Source of the DNA: Convolutriloba macropyga
Taxonomy: Eukaryota
Length of the DNA: 64,000 nucleotides
Reading direction: 5' to 3'
Assembly (NCBI RefSeq): GCF_964194025.1
Contig: NC_134468.1
Coordinates: 72,974,001 to 73,038,000 of the forward strand
Shown here: one piece after another, positions 52,226 to 64,000 of the stretch
How the letters are laid out: every line of letters begins with the position of its first letter
Position numbering within the stretch: position 1 is the stretch's first letter
Made by a program: the position numbers and the translations under genes
The notes under the pieces: model-generated
Database searches by the model: none
What the model was told of the DNA's origin: nothing
The model's input: the letters and a program-made list of their open reading frames with translations, nothing else

Positions 52226-52447
52226 ATGATAAGAAAGAGTTACATCCGAGGGTGGTTCACAGTCGACCTCATCTCCTCCATGCCCATGGACTACATATTC
52301 CTCATCATCTCCCAGGGGGACAAGGGTGGGCCTCAGATACTCAATGCCTCCCGCACCCTCAAGATGCTGAGGCTTATGAAGTTCCTCAGCCTCATGCGAC
52401 TGTTGAGAGTGTCCAGGTTGATGAGATATGCCACCCAATGGGAAGAT
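52226..52447 (+). CDS. HCN: HCN (Ih) channel internal exon encoding S3-S4 and the QWE motif
   Basis: Translates MIRKSYIRGWFTVDLISSMPMDYIFLII...ASRTLKMLRLMKFLSLMRLLRVSRLMRYATQWED, with the HCN W-F-x-x-D-x-ISS-x-P-x-DYIFL motif and a long S4. Acceptor ttttcag ends at 52225 and donor gtgagt starts at 52448. Length 222 nt, joining in frame to the previous exon. Confidence 0.96.
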
Positions 52448-54993
52448 GTGAGTTAATTAATCCTCTGGCCCATAAAACCTGGGTTTGGAATACCTGCATT
52501 ATTTATTTTTTGTCGAGCCAAACTCAAAAATAAAATTTTGTATCAAGTTAAATTTTAGCTCGAGCTAAAGTCTGGTAGGCCTTTTATTGTCGAGCCAAAT
52601 TCGTGCACAGTTCTTTTAGTTGCAACCAGCCGAGTACAAGTGAAAAAAAAGTTGAGACCAATTTTGTCATTTTGATATATAATGTGGATAGAAACAGAAG
52701 CGGTACCAATAAAAAGCACCTGAAAAATTGTCTCGATTGGAGTATAGATATTTTGATTTATCGATGTGCATTTTTCAGATATTGCTGTTACAATTTTATT
52801 GTTGACTAAAGACTAATGATTCACCTTGTAGTCTTGTGCTTATTTTTGCTTATAAAATTATGATGTTAATTGAGATCAAGGAACCGATTTGGCGTAAATA
52901 ATACTGAAAAATTAAAAAAAAATCAAAAAGTTTTTTCAGCAGAATCGGGATTCCGAAGCCCATATGTCTTGCTTAAAGCGTTAAGTAAAAAACTTAAGTA
53001 AAAACTCAGTAAAAGTTCTAATCAACAGTCACAAAATGGCATATAGAACTGATTACTCTATATCAGATTAACCAGAAACTCAAAAATTTTGCTTCCTTTT
53101 CATACATCTGTCTTTCTAAGATTTATCAAAAATCTTTGAGTTTTAACAATATTTCACTGACCGACCGCTTATTTTTCTTCTGCTTCTGAAACCACGAGTT
53201 ATTTTTCATTTTTGAGGTGCTCGCATTAATTTCTCTTGAGCCCTTTCTTTTCAATATATTTATTAGCCACAGTACGCCTCTGAACCGCCATCTCCTTTTT
53301 TAACAAAAGATTTGTTTTTTTTTCGTTCATGATCAGTCACCATTTTCATTTCTGTGTCACATAATTCTCTGCTGAGTACATGGATTTTGAAAACGTTTCA
53401 GTAAATTAACGTGAGCACGTGTAGGTTCAAAAAACGTTAGCGTGTAAACCAATAGAGTCCTAGCAAAAAGACTTAAACTTGAAAGTTATTATAAATTATC
53501 AGAGTTCTTTTGAGTATAATGATAGTTGGTATAAAGAATCTAATAAAATTGTGAACAAAATAAGAACGCTTTTTGACACTTCTCGTCATTTTTTCTGATT
53601 TTTGTCTTTTTTCTCTTTATTTTTCACTCAATTGTTTCAATCCCAACGCTGCTAATTGGAGTCGACGGTTGCTATTTCCGGCTATATGCGGTCTCTGCTC
53701 TATTTTTTAGTTTAATAACCGTTGAATTGCGAAGTTTGAAGCAATCATTTTAAACGTGTTGATCTTTTTAATGCGAAACTTTTGCTTGTCCGTCTTCACT
53801 TTTCGACTGATTGTTACGCCCATGTTTTTTTTTTCATTTTGAGTGATGTAATTTTTTCTCTCGTTCACAAGTGTCAGGAGATAAACTGAAGTGACAGGAG
53901 CTCAATACTAAATATAAAATAAAAGTTGGTGTCAATTTTTTTCCAATTTATACTTTATTATTTGTTATAGTGGTATATAAAAACATCTAATGACATTATT
54001 TGAACTCCCAAAGTGAATTTAGTACGTCAGATTGAAAAAGGATTCAAAAGATGCAAGCTCTCGCTAGTCGTCCGAGAGAATTCATTCTTCCCACGTTATT
54101 TGGTTACGCTCTTTTGTTTTCCCCGAGCTGCAATCATGAACTGTAATCTCTAATTGGTTTACGCATAAAACTATAATTCTATAACATGTGTTTACTAACA
54201 ATCTTTTTAACTTTTAATTTTTTTTCTGCGTTCTTTTCTGAAGTAGTATGATCATGCAAAAAGAAACAATAACCGACTGCCTAAAATCAGCTCAGAGTGG
54301 TTGTATTGTCTTAGTTTGAATTCACCTTAATGGACTGGAAATTGGATCTTGAGACACCGTAAAAGAGTACTGATTAATCTCTTTACTATTGAAACAGGTT
54401 AGTCCAGTGCTTTTCAATAGAATAGTGTTAGGTGGTTAATCGTATTTTGTGCTTCTATGTCTGCTTACACTACTCTATCTTATCAGAGTCTTAATTAGAA
54501 ATAAGAATCTCTCGCAATATTGCAATTTTTTCTTGAAAATTTTCATTAGAAAAAAAGTTTCCAAAAGCACAGACCTTGAATATTCTAGACCTGAGCCACA
54601 AAGTGAAAGAATTACAACAAAGTATTGAAATTGTATAGGTTATAGCAATTTTCTTCAAGTTAAAAAATTGATTTTTTTTAAAATAAACAATCAATCGAAA
54701 CAAAAATAACACTCTATGACCGAATTCGAAAATTAGAGCCTTGCATGCTCTTGAAATAAGAATATTGCGCATTTTTCAACTATTTCCTCTGACGCGGAAC
54801 TTTATATGGCTAGGATTACAATATGCATTTTTTGCTCCTGAAAAATAGTCGGTTGATTTTTTGAAACGTTGTTTTGTTTTTGAAACGTTGTGCAAAAAAA
54901 TGGCAAGGACTGCTTCTGTCTCTCTGAGTGGTTGAGATGTGAGAAAAAGAAACAATTTACCAAAAACCAACGGAATCGCTTATCTACTGCCCC

Positions 54994-55016
54994 NNNNNNN
55001 NNNNNNNNNNNNNNNN
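54994..55016. other. Assembly gap (23 N)
   Basis: Run of N. Confidence 1.
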
Positions 55017-56718
55017 GTTTAATAGGTAACTCCAGTGTTTAAACTAACGATAATTTTTACATTTGTTCCTCGGCATTACAACATTGCCAACTTCTCTGGT
55101 ATTTGTGGTTGGAGTTGCTTGGATTTACTTTTACAAGATTTCGAACTGTTGGATTGGCTTGGGAGACAGTCCCAATATCTAGTTTGGTGTTTTGAAAATC
55201 AATAACACTTCATTGATTGAAAAAACGTAAATAATGTCAACGGGAAACAAGGACATAATTAAAGATAGCCGAAATAAATTGAGAATAGCTTGAAGAAGAA
55301 AGCCAGGCCTGCTTAAAGACGGTATAGCGGAGGCAACAATTTGCGATGAGGAAACAGCAATCAGAACTTCATCTGCATGAAGATCAGATAAGTATTTACC
55401 AACACAATCATGAGATCGAAATAAAAGCGATTTCAAAGTTTATTAATGAACGACAAATGACACAGATAGCACTAATGGATAAATATACCGTAGGCAAACA
55501 GACGTCACTTGTTTGGGAGTCAAGGTAAAACAACCTTGTTTAGGCCGAATGTGCTAATAGATGTAATAATTGGTTGATTACAGAAAATGCTAAGAACCAC
55601 GTGGCTAAAAAATGGAAATTTTTTGCCAAATTCCGCCACATTAAATAGATATCGCTTGGTTTCCAATCAACCGGAGACAAATGAAACAGTTTTCCCTTCA
55701 GAGAATAATGTCACGCAATTTTTTTTTTATTTTGATTTGAATCTCGCTTAATTTAATGTTGACCCCTGCAGTGGCACAAATAGTACGGCCATTTGTAAAA
55801 GCGCAATTAATTGGCAACCGTAGACCAACGCTATTAGGTTGACGTAATTAACGGAACTTTCGTAACAAGAAAAACCAAAGCTGCAAAGGCAGATTTTGCT
55901 TTTTGTGGGAAAATGTATAGAGGAGCATTGAAAACTCTAGAGCGAGAATTTCGACAACCCCAAGCGGATTTTCACAAATTCGCAAAAATTAGCCATCAAT
56001 TTACATGCACAACTCGGATAAAATTCACGCTATCTAATCTTGGTGGAGTCTTCAGGTCTTTGTCCTATCATTTGAACAGGCAAATTTCAACTCCTCAGAG
56101 GGAAGCAGTCAAACAACCGCTCACTAACATAAAGCAATAATCGTAATTGCATACTTTGAAAATCGATTTGTTTCGTCCTACATTGTTAGATTCCAACAAG
56201 CATTCTAACATGTACAAGATAAACACAGGTGTGAACGATGAAAAAAAAATTGTGAGTCAGCGGGAGAATTAGTACGTGAAAAAGATTGCATTTGCAGGGT
56301 AAATACAATTATTGACTAGATTACAAACAGTCAGATGAAATTGAACTAAATTGATGTTTACAAGCGTTTCTGAGACACATTCGGCCCTCATCAAGAAATG
56401 AATTACTACACTTCTTTAGCATCCTATCAATTACAAACAACTTTTTACTTTACTTTTTTTTCTATTTATTGTTACTCAAAACTGTTTATATGTTCTGGCT
56501 ATCATAACTAGCAATACATAATAATACAAAGAGAGTTTAATAGGTAACTCCAGTGTTTAAACTAACGATAATTTTTACATTTGTTCCTCGGCATTACAAT
56601 ATTGCCAACTTCTCTGGTATTTGTGGTTGGAGTTGCTTGGATTTACTTTTACAAGATTTCGAACTCTTGGATCGGCTTGGGAGACAGCCCCAATATCTAG
56701 TTTGGTGTTTTGAAAATC
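55017..56718. repeat. Direct repeat 55017-55200 / 56535-56718, plus an orphan array-unit fragment at 55880-56074
   Basis: About 184 bp of near-identical sequence starting gtttaataggtaactccagtg. 55880-56074 resembles the last ~220 bp of the 1.23-kb unit. Confidence 0.85.
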
Positions 56719-57910
56719 CAGCCGTGGTTTTTTCTTCCTGGATTCAGGACACAACCGATTTTGTTTTTTGTGTGATTGAGCTGCTTGTGCCAATTCACAA
56801 TCAGTACTTATTGAGCATTTCCAGTTGGAATAGTCAAATCATTCACTTGCTCTGCGGATGCGTTTGCATGCTTTTATTGCTTTAACTGTCTGGTATTTTT
56901 TAATTATTGTCTTTGTACCCATAGAGTCTGGGTGTGCAGCTACGTCTTCTCCAGGTCATTTCCGTCCTTGCATACTGTGAAAACCATTTTGTTTCGTCCT
57001 ACCAGGACATTCCAACGAGCATTCACACAAGTGCTTGATAAACAAAAGAAAAATTTTTCGAACCAGCAGGAAAATCAAATGTACACGAACGAGAATCTAA
57101 TGGGGCGATTGCAATTATGACCTTTTTCAATACAAGTGAGATGAAGTTTAACAAAATTGATACTTATACAGATTTCCGTGACAAATTTCACCTCAACAGT
57201 AATTTAGTTACTACAATTCTTTGATGACTGAGGAGCCAGGAGACTGGGGAGCTGGTTGAGGAGGTGGAGGCAATTCTGTAGTCAAATGTCGAGTTTTTCG
57301 TGCTAATTAATGTTTCTGTAGTTTTTGACAGAAAAATGCTCGTTGAAAAATTCGTTGATGACGCGATTGAAGTCGTTCCATAGCAATTATGTGGTATATA
57401 GTTGTCACCTTGCCGCTTTTGTCTAATGTTTTTGATATTCCGGCCAATTCTCTTTTCTGACTTCTGTAGATTGTGCATAAAATAGCATTTTCTTCAGCAC
57501 ATATCTCCACAACTGTGTACGATGCTCTGAGTTCAAACCAAATTTGGCAAGGTCAGTGCTTCCCGCCGTCACTTCTTCGCTGCCGGGGTCTTTGATGATG
57601 GCTATCGTGAAAGAAATTTTTAAAAAAGTGAAGCAGCATGCAAGAAACTCGTTCAACCCATCGAGCTTTTTCGTTGATAGGTTGTTGGTGGTTAGTTTAC
57701 CGGCGTTGGTAGTTAGTTTGGTGGTTAGTTGACGTGCAATAATTGTTCGCTCCCCGGGATTGGATGCGACAAATTTATTTGTGAGATTAATTGGCATTCA
57801 TCATTGCCAGCATCTCTGTTTCTAAGTCGGGCGTACAGTTGGCTTTTCACGTTGCTCGTTCAATATGTTCATCGCATCAATCCGAGCTTGTTCGATCTTT
57901 ATTGTCCAAA
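56300..57910 (-). mobile_element. 3' part of pol of a second degenerate Gypsy element, contiguous with the array
   Basis: The ORF fragment STDLAKFGLNSEHRTQLWRYV resembles NSNIATIGTQDERKTKLTEYI at about 7400-7470 in the first element. It continues directly from the integrase-derived unit. The left boundary is uncertain. Confidence 0.65.
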
Positions 57911-60900
57911 TAATCTTCTGCTGTTACTGTCCCGTGATGTAAACTGTGCTCTAAGATATTTGTATGAGTCTGATTTGAATTTTTTTGCAACGTAATGATA
58001 TTAATTAGGGTAATATTTGGTCTTCCTCGGAAAAGTGCATCAAATGGGCTAAATTTTTTAATACGTTGTTTTTATATCAGCATTTGATAATTTATTGATC
58101 TAATTGCTCGATTGACTTTAAAATCTTAATCTTCTTTATATAGTGTAGTTTCTTTAATGCATGAAAAGCGGCGTTTCTTAACGTCTTCATCATTTGCTCT
58201 ACAAAACCGACAGCTGTATGACTAATAGCAGGCACTTTGCAAGTGCCGATAATATTTTGAACACAAAATGAGGTGATTTATATTTTAATTAGACAACAGG
58301 CTGGATCTAAGCGTTCAGTGCGCGACATACCGTGAGTACATAGTCTTGTGAAAAATTTATTACTTTTCCACCAACAGCTTTATCAAAGACCTCTGTAGAT
58401 AGGTACTTATCATAAAGATCTGTGGATGCTAAATAAATTTCATCGAACAAAATTCGGTTAAAATGGGACTTCTAAAAACAATTTTATTTCTCCATTGGTT
58501 TCAACACAGTTTTTGTGAGTTTTTCGTTTTAGGCTTGAATAACGTATGTCAGATTCTCACCAATATCTGTACATGCTTTAAAACTTTGGCAGCAGCAATT
58601 GTTGTTGCGGTACATTTACGGTCACCATGCGAGAAAAAAGAGATAGCCACCATCAGCAGTTACAGATTTCGCATTTTTTTAAAATAAAACGCCACTAAGA
58701 AACTCTCGTTAGATCATTCTCAACATTTTTTGGAGCACATTCAGGAGATCACTTATCAAAAAAATGTGCTTGCTCAACCTTGCAATTCTCACCATTATTT
58801 AAGAAAATCAGTTCCGAGTACTCCGCAAAGAGCAATGTTACCGTTAGAAACGGCAGACGAGTTTTTATGTCAAGCAATCTAAAATTTGTATCTACGCCAC
58901 CTGCAACGGAATGTTTTTAACTGTGTTTGTTTTTTGTTGATAAATTTTATAGATGATCATTGAAATTGTTAGAGCGAGGTTTTGTACAATCCCAAGGGGA
59001 TCTCTACAAATTGGAAAAATAGCCATCAACATAAATGTACAACTCGGATCAAACTGTTAATTTTCTATAACGTTATCCAGTCTTGGTGGAGTGTTTAGGT
59101 CCTTTTTGTATCATTTGGATAATCTTCTGCTGTTACTGTCCCGTGATGTAAACTGTGCTCTAAGATATTTGTATGAGTCTGATTTGAATTTGTCGCAACG
59201 TAATGATGTAAATTAGGGTAATATTTGTTCTTCTTCGGAAAAGCGCATCAAATGGGTTAATTTTGTAATAAGTTGTTTTTATATCAGCATTTGATAATTT
59301 ATTGATCTAATTGCATGATTGATTTTAAAATCTTAATCTTCTTTATCTAGTTTAGCTTCTTTAATGCATGAAAAGCGGCTTTTTTAATGTGTTCATCATT
59401 TGCTCTACAAAACCAACAGCCGTATGACTGTTAACAGGCACTCTGCGAAGGTTGATAATATTTTGCACACAAAATGAGGTGACTTGTTTTCTAATTAGAC
59501 AACAGGTTGGATCAAAGCTTAAAGTGCGCGGAGTACCGTCAGTACATAGTCTTGTTAAAAATATATTACTTTTCCACAAACAGCTTTCTCAAAGACTTCT
59601 GTAGACAGGTACTTGTAATAAAGATCTATGGATGGTAAATAAATTTCATCAAAACAGTTTTCGAAAAAAATGGGACTTCTAAAAACAGTTTTGTTCTCTC
59701 CTTTGGTTTCAACACAGTTTTTGTGAGTTCTTCATTTCAATGCTTGAACAATGTGTGTCAGATTCTTACCATTATCTGTACATGATTTAAATCTTCGGCA
59801 GCAGCAATTGATGTGGCGGTACATTTCCAGTCACCATGCAAAAAAGGAACAGAGATCGCCACCATCAGCAGTCACAGATTTTGCTATTTTTTTAATAAAA
59901 CGCCACCGAGAATCTCTCGTTAGATCATTCTCAACTTGTTTTAGGGCGCATATAGCTATCTTTTGCTGAACAGGAGATCACTTATTAACAAAATCTGCTC
60001 GCTCAACCTTGCAATTCTCATCATTATTTAGGAATTCAGTTCCGAGTACTCCGCAAAGGGCAATGTTACCGTTACAAAAGGGCAGGCGAGTTTTTATGTT
60101 AAGCAATCTAAAATTTGTATCCACGCCACCTGCAAAGGAATGTTTTTAACTGTTTTTCTTTTTTGTTGATAAATTGTATAGAGAAGCATTGAAATTGCTA
60201 GAGCGAGATTTTGTACAATCCCAATTGGATCTCTACAAATTGGCAAAACAGCCATCAACATAAATGCACAACTCGGATCAAATCGTTAACTTTCTATAAC
60301 GTTATCAAGTCTTGGTGGAGTGTTTAGGTCCTTTTTCTATCATTTGGATAATCTTCTGCTGTTACTGTCCCGTGATGTAAACTGTGCTCTAAGATATTTG
60401 TATGAGTCTGATTTGAATTTGTCGCAACGTAATGATATTAATTAGGGTAATATTTGGTCTTCCTCGGAAAAGTGCATCAAATGGGCTAAATTTTGTAATA
60501 CGTTGTTTTTATATCAGCATTTGATAATTTATTGATCAAATTGCTCGATTGACTTTAAAATCTTAATCTTCTTTATATAGTGTAGTTTCTTTAATGCATG
60601 AAAAGCGGCGTTTTTCAACGTCTTCATCATTTGCTCTACAAACCAACAGCCGTATGACTGTTAGCAGGCACTTTGCGAGTGTCGATAATATTTTGAAAAC
60701 AAAATGAGGTGACTTGTTTTCTAGTTAGACAACAGGCTGGATCTAAGCGTAAAGTACGCGGAATATCTTGAATACATAATCTCGTGAAATATTTATTACT
60801 TATCAACCAACAGCTTTATCAAAGACCTATTTAGACAAGTATTTATAATAAAGATCTATGGATGCTAAATAAACTTCATCGAACCATTTTTTGATTAAAA

Positions 60901-63900
60901 TGGGACTTCTAAAAACATTTTTTTCTTTCTACTGGTTTTCACACAATTTTTGTGAGCTTTTCATTTTAATGCTTGAAAAACGTGTGTGAGATTCTCACCA
61001 TTGTCTGTAAATGATATAAAACCTGGGCAGCAGGAATTGACGTCGCGGTATATTTACGGTCACCATGCGAAAAAAAAGAGATCGCAACCATCAGCAGTCG
61101 CAGATTTTGCTTTTTTTAAATAAAACGCCACTAAGAATCTCACGTTAGATCATTCTCAACTTGTTTTAGGGCACATATAGCTATCTTTTGGTGAACAGGA
61201 GGCAACTTATTAACAAAATCTGCTCGCTCAACTTTGCAATTCTCATCATTGTTTAGGAATTCGGTTCCGAGTACTCCGCAAAGGGCAATGTTACCGTTAC
61301 AAAGGGCAGACGAGTTTTTATGTCAAGCAAACTAAAACTTGTATCTACGCCACCTGCAACGGAATGTTTTTAACTGTTTTTGTTTTTTGTTGATGAATTT
61401 TATAGATGATTATTGAAATTGCTAGAGCGAGATTTTGTACAACACCAAGGGGATCTCTATAAATTGAAAAAATAGCCATCAACATAAATGTACAACTCGG
61501 ATCAAACTGTTAACTTTCTATAACGTTATTCAGTCTTGGTGGAGTGTTTAGGTCTTTTTCCTATCATTTGGATAATCTTCTGCTGTTGCCGTCCCGTGAC
61601 GTAAACTGTGCTCTAAAATATTTTTATGAGTCTGATTTGAATTTTTTGCAACGTAATGATGTTAATTACGGTATTATTTGGTCTTCATCGGAAAAGTGCA
61701 TCATGTGGGCTAAATTTTGTAATACGTTGTTTTAATATCAGTATTTGATAATTTAATGATCTAATTGCATGATTGACTTTAAAATCTTAATCTTCTTTAT
61801 ATAGTGTAGCTTCTTTAATACATGAAAAGTGGCGTTTTTTAACGTCTTCATCATTTGCTCTAAAAAACCAACAGCCGTATGACTGTTAACAGGCACTTTG
61901 CGAGTGTCGATATTATATTGAACACAATATGAGGTGACGTGTTTTCTAATTAGACAACAGGCTGAATCTAAGCCTATAGTGCGCGTAATACCGTGAGTAC
62001 ATAGTCTTGTGAAAAATTTAATACTTTTCCACCATCAGCTTTATCAATGACCTCTGTAGACAGGTACTATAATAATGATCTATGGGTGCTAAATAAATTT
62101 CGTCGAACCATTTTTCGATTAAAATGGGACTTCTAAATACAATTTTTTTCTCTCCATTGGTTTCAGCACAGTTTTTGTGAGTTCTTCATTTTAATGCTTG
62201 AATTACGTGTGTAAGATTCTCACCTTTATCTGTACATGATTTAAATTTTCGGCAGCAGCAATTGATGTGGCGGTACATTTAAGGTCACCATGCAAAAAAT
62301 GAGGAGATCGCCATCATCGGAAGTCTCAGATTTCGCAATTTTTTCAAATAAAACGCCACTGAGAACCTCTCGTTAGATCATTCTCAACTTGATTTAGGGC
62401 GCATATAGCTATCTTTTGCTGAACAGGAGATCACTTATTAACAAAATCTGCTCGCTCAACCTTGCAATTCTCACTATTTTTTAGGAATTCAGTTCCGAGT
62501 ACTCCGCAAATGGCAATTTTACCGTTACAAAAGGGCAGACGAGTTTTTTTGTCAAGCAATCTAAAATTTGTATCTACGCCACCTGCAACGGAATGTTTTT
62601 AACTGTGTTTGTTTTTTGGTTGATAAATTTTATAGATGATCATTGAAATTGTTAGAGCGAGGTTTTGTACAATCCCAAGGGGATCTCTACAAATTGGAAA
62701 AATAGCCATCAACATAAATGTACAACTCGGATCAAACTGTTAATTTTCTATAACGTTATTCAGTCTTGGTGGAGTGTTTAGGTCTTTTTCCTATCATTTG
62801 GACAATCTTCTGCTGTTACTGTCCCGTGACGTAAAGTGTGCTCTAAGATATTTTTATGAGTCTGATTTGAATTTTTTGCAACGTAATGATGTTGATTAGG
62901 GTATTATTTGGTCTTCTACGGAAAAGTGCATCAAATGAGCTAAATTTTGTAATACGTTGTTTTCATATCAGTATTTGATAATTTAATGATCTAATTGCAT
63001 GATTGACTTTAAAATCATAATCTTCTTTGTGTAGTGTAGCTTCTTTAATGCATGAAAAGCGGCGTTTTTTAACGTCTTCATCATTTGCTCTAAAAAACCA
63101 ACAGCCGTATGACTGTTAGCAGGCACTTTGCGAGTCTCGATAATGTATTGAACACAAAATGAGGTGACGTGTTTTCTAAATAGACAACAGGCTGGATCTA
63201 GGCTTATAGTGCGCGGAATACGTGATTACATTGTCTTGTGAAAAGTTCATTACTTTTCCACCATCAGCTTTATCAAAGACCTCTGTAGACAGGTACTTAT
63301 AATAAAGATCTATGGATGCTCAATAAATTTCATCCAACCATTTTTCGATTATAATGGGACTTCTAAAAACAATTTTTTCTCTCCATTGGTTTCAACACAG
63401 TTTTTGTGAGTTTTTCATTTTAATGCTTGAATAACGTATGTCAGATTCTCACCTTTATCTGTACATATTTTAAATTGTCGGCAGCAGCAATTGATGTGGT
63501 GTTACTTTTACGGTCACCATGCGAAAAAGGAGGAGATCGCCACCATCAGCAGTCACAGATTTTGCAATTTTTTTAATAAAACGCAACTGAGAACCTCTCG
63601 TTAGATCATTCTCAACTTGTTTTAGGGCACATATAGCTATCTTTTGTCAAACAGGAGGCCACTTATTGACAAAATCTGCTCGTTCAACCTTGCAATTTTC
63701 ACCATTATTTAGGAATTCAGTTCCGAGTACTCCGCAAAGAGCAATTTTACCGTTACAAAAGGGCAGACGAATTTTTATGTCAAGCAATCTAAAGTTTGTA
63801 TCTACGCCACCTGCAACGGATTGTTTTTAACGGTTTTGTTTTTTGTTGATAAATTTTATAGAGGAGCATTGAAATTGCTAGAGCGAGATTTTGTACAACC

Positions 63901-64000
63901 CCAAGGGGATCTCTACGAACTGGAAAAATAGCCATCAACATAAATGCACAACTCGGATCAAATTGTTAACTTTCTATAACGTTATCCACTCTAGGCGGAG
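57911..64000 (-). repeat. ~1.23-kb tandem array (at least 5 units) derived from a Gypsy integrase region
   Basis: The anchor aatcttctgctgtt recurs at about 57911, 59120, 60349, 61573 and 62803 (periods 1209, 1229, 1224, 1230). The - strand translation FLTRLCTDGTPRTLSFDPTCCLIRKQVTSFCVQN...VPVNSHTAVGFVEQMMNTLKKPL aligns with the integrase core of the element at 12214-12474. Confidence 0.93.

Noticed and set aside
52340-52447. HCNL1-type proton channel hypothesis from the Met-rich S4
   Set aside because: The Met residues occupy hydrophobic positions, and all periodic basic residues are retained.
52202-52533. Alternative-frame and antisense ORFs over the HCN exons (also 45374-45751)
   Set aside because: They are shadows of the GC-rich true exons.

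Overview
AT-rich eukaryotic (animal, invertebrate-like) genomic DNA, mostly intronic or intergenic and dense in transposon relics. It has two assembly gaps (37086-37285, 54994-55016). The only clearly intact coding sequence is two GC-rich + strand exons of an HCN (hyperpolarization-activated cyclic-nucleotide-gated) channel gene, covering S1-S4 (45569-45779, 52226-52447). A decayed SLC16/monocarboxylate-transporter 5' fragment lies at about 35935-36365. A dead Ty3/Gypsy LTR retrotransposon on the - strand (6040-19013) can be fully reconstructed, with LTRs, PBS, PPT and a 5-bp TSD (AGCTC). It carries two post-insertion tandem duplications. A second Gypsy relic (about 56300 to the window end) has had its integrase region amplified into a ~1.23-kb tandem array of at least 5 units, probably inside the HCN intron and antisense to it. 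Several MITE/non-autonomous DNA transposon families and many local tandem duplications fill the rest. I found no rRNA, tRNA or CRISPR. All alignments were done by eye, so boundaries of degenerate features are approximate.
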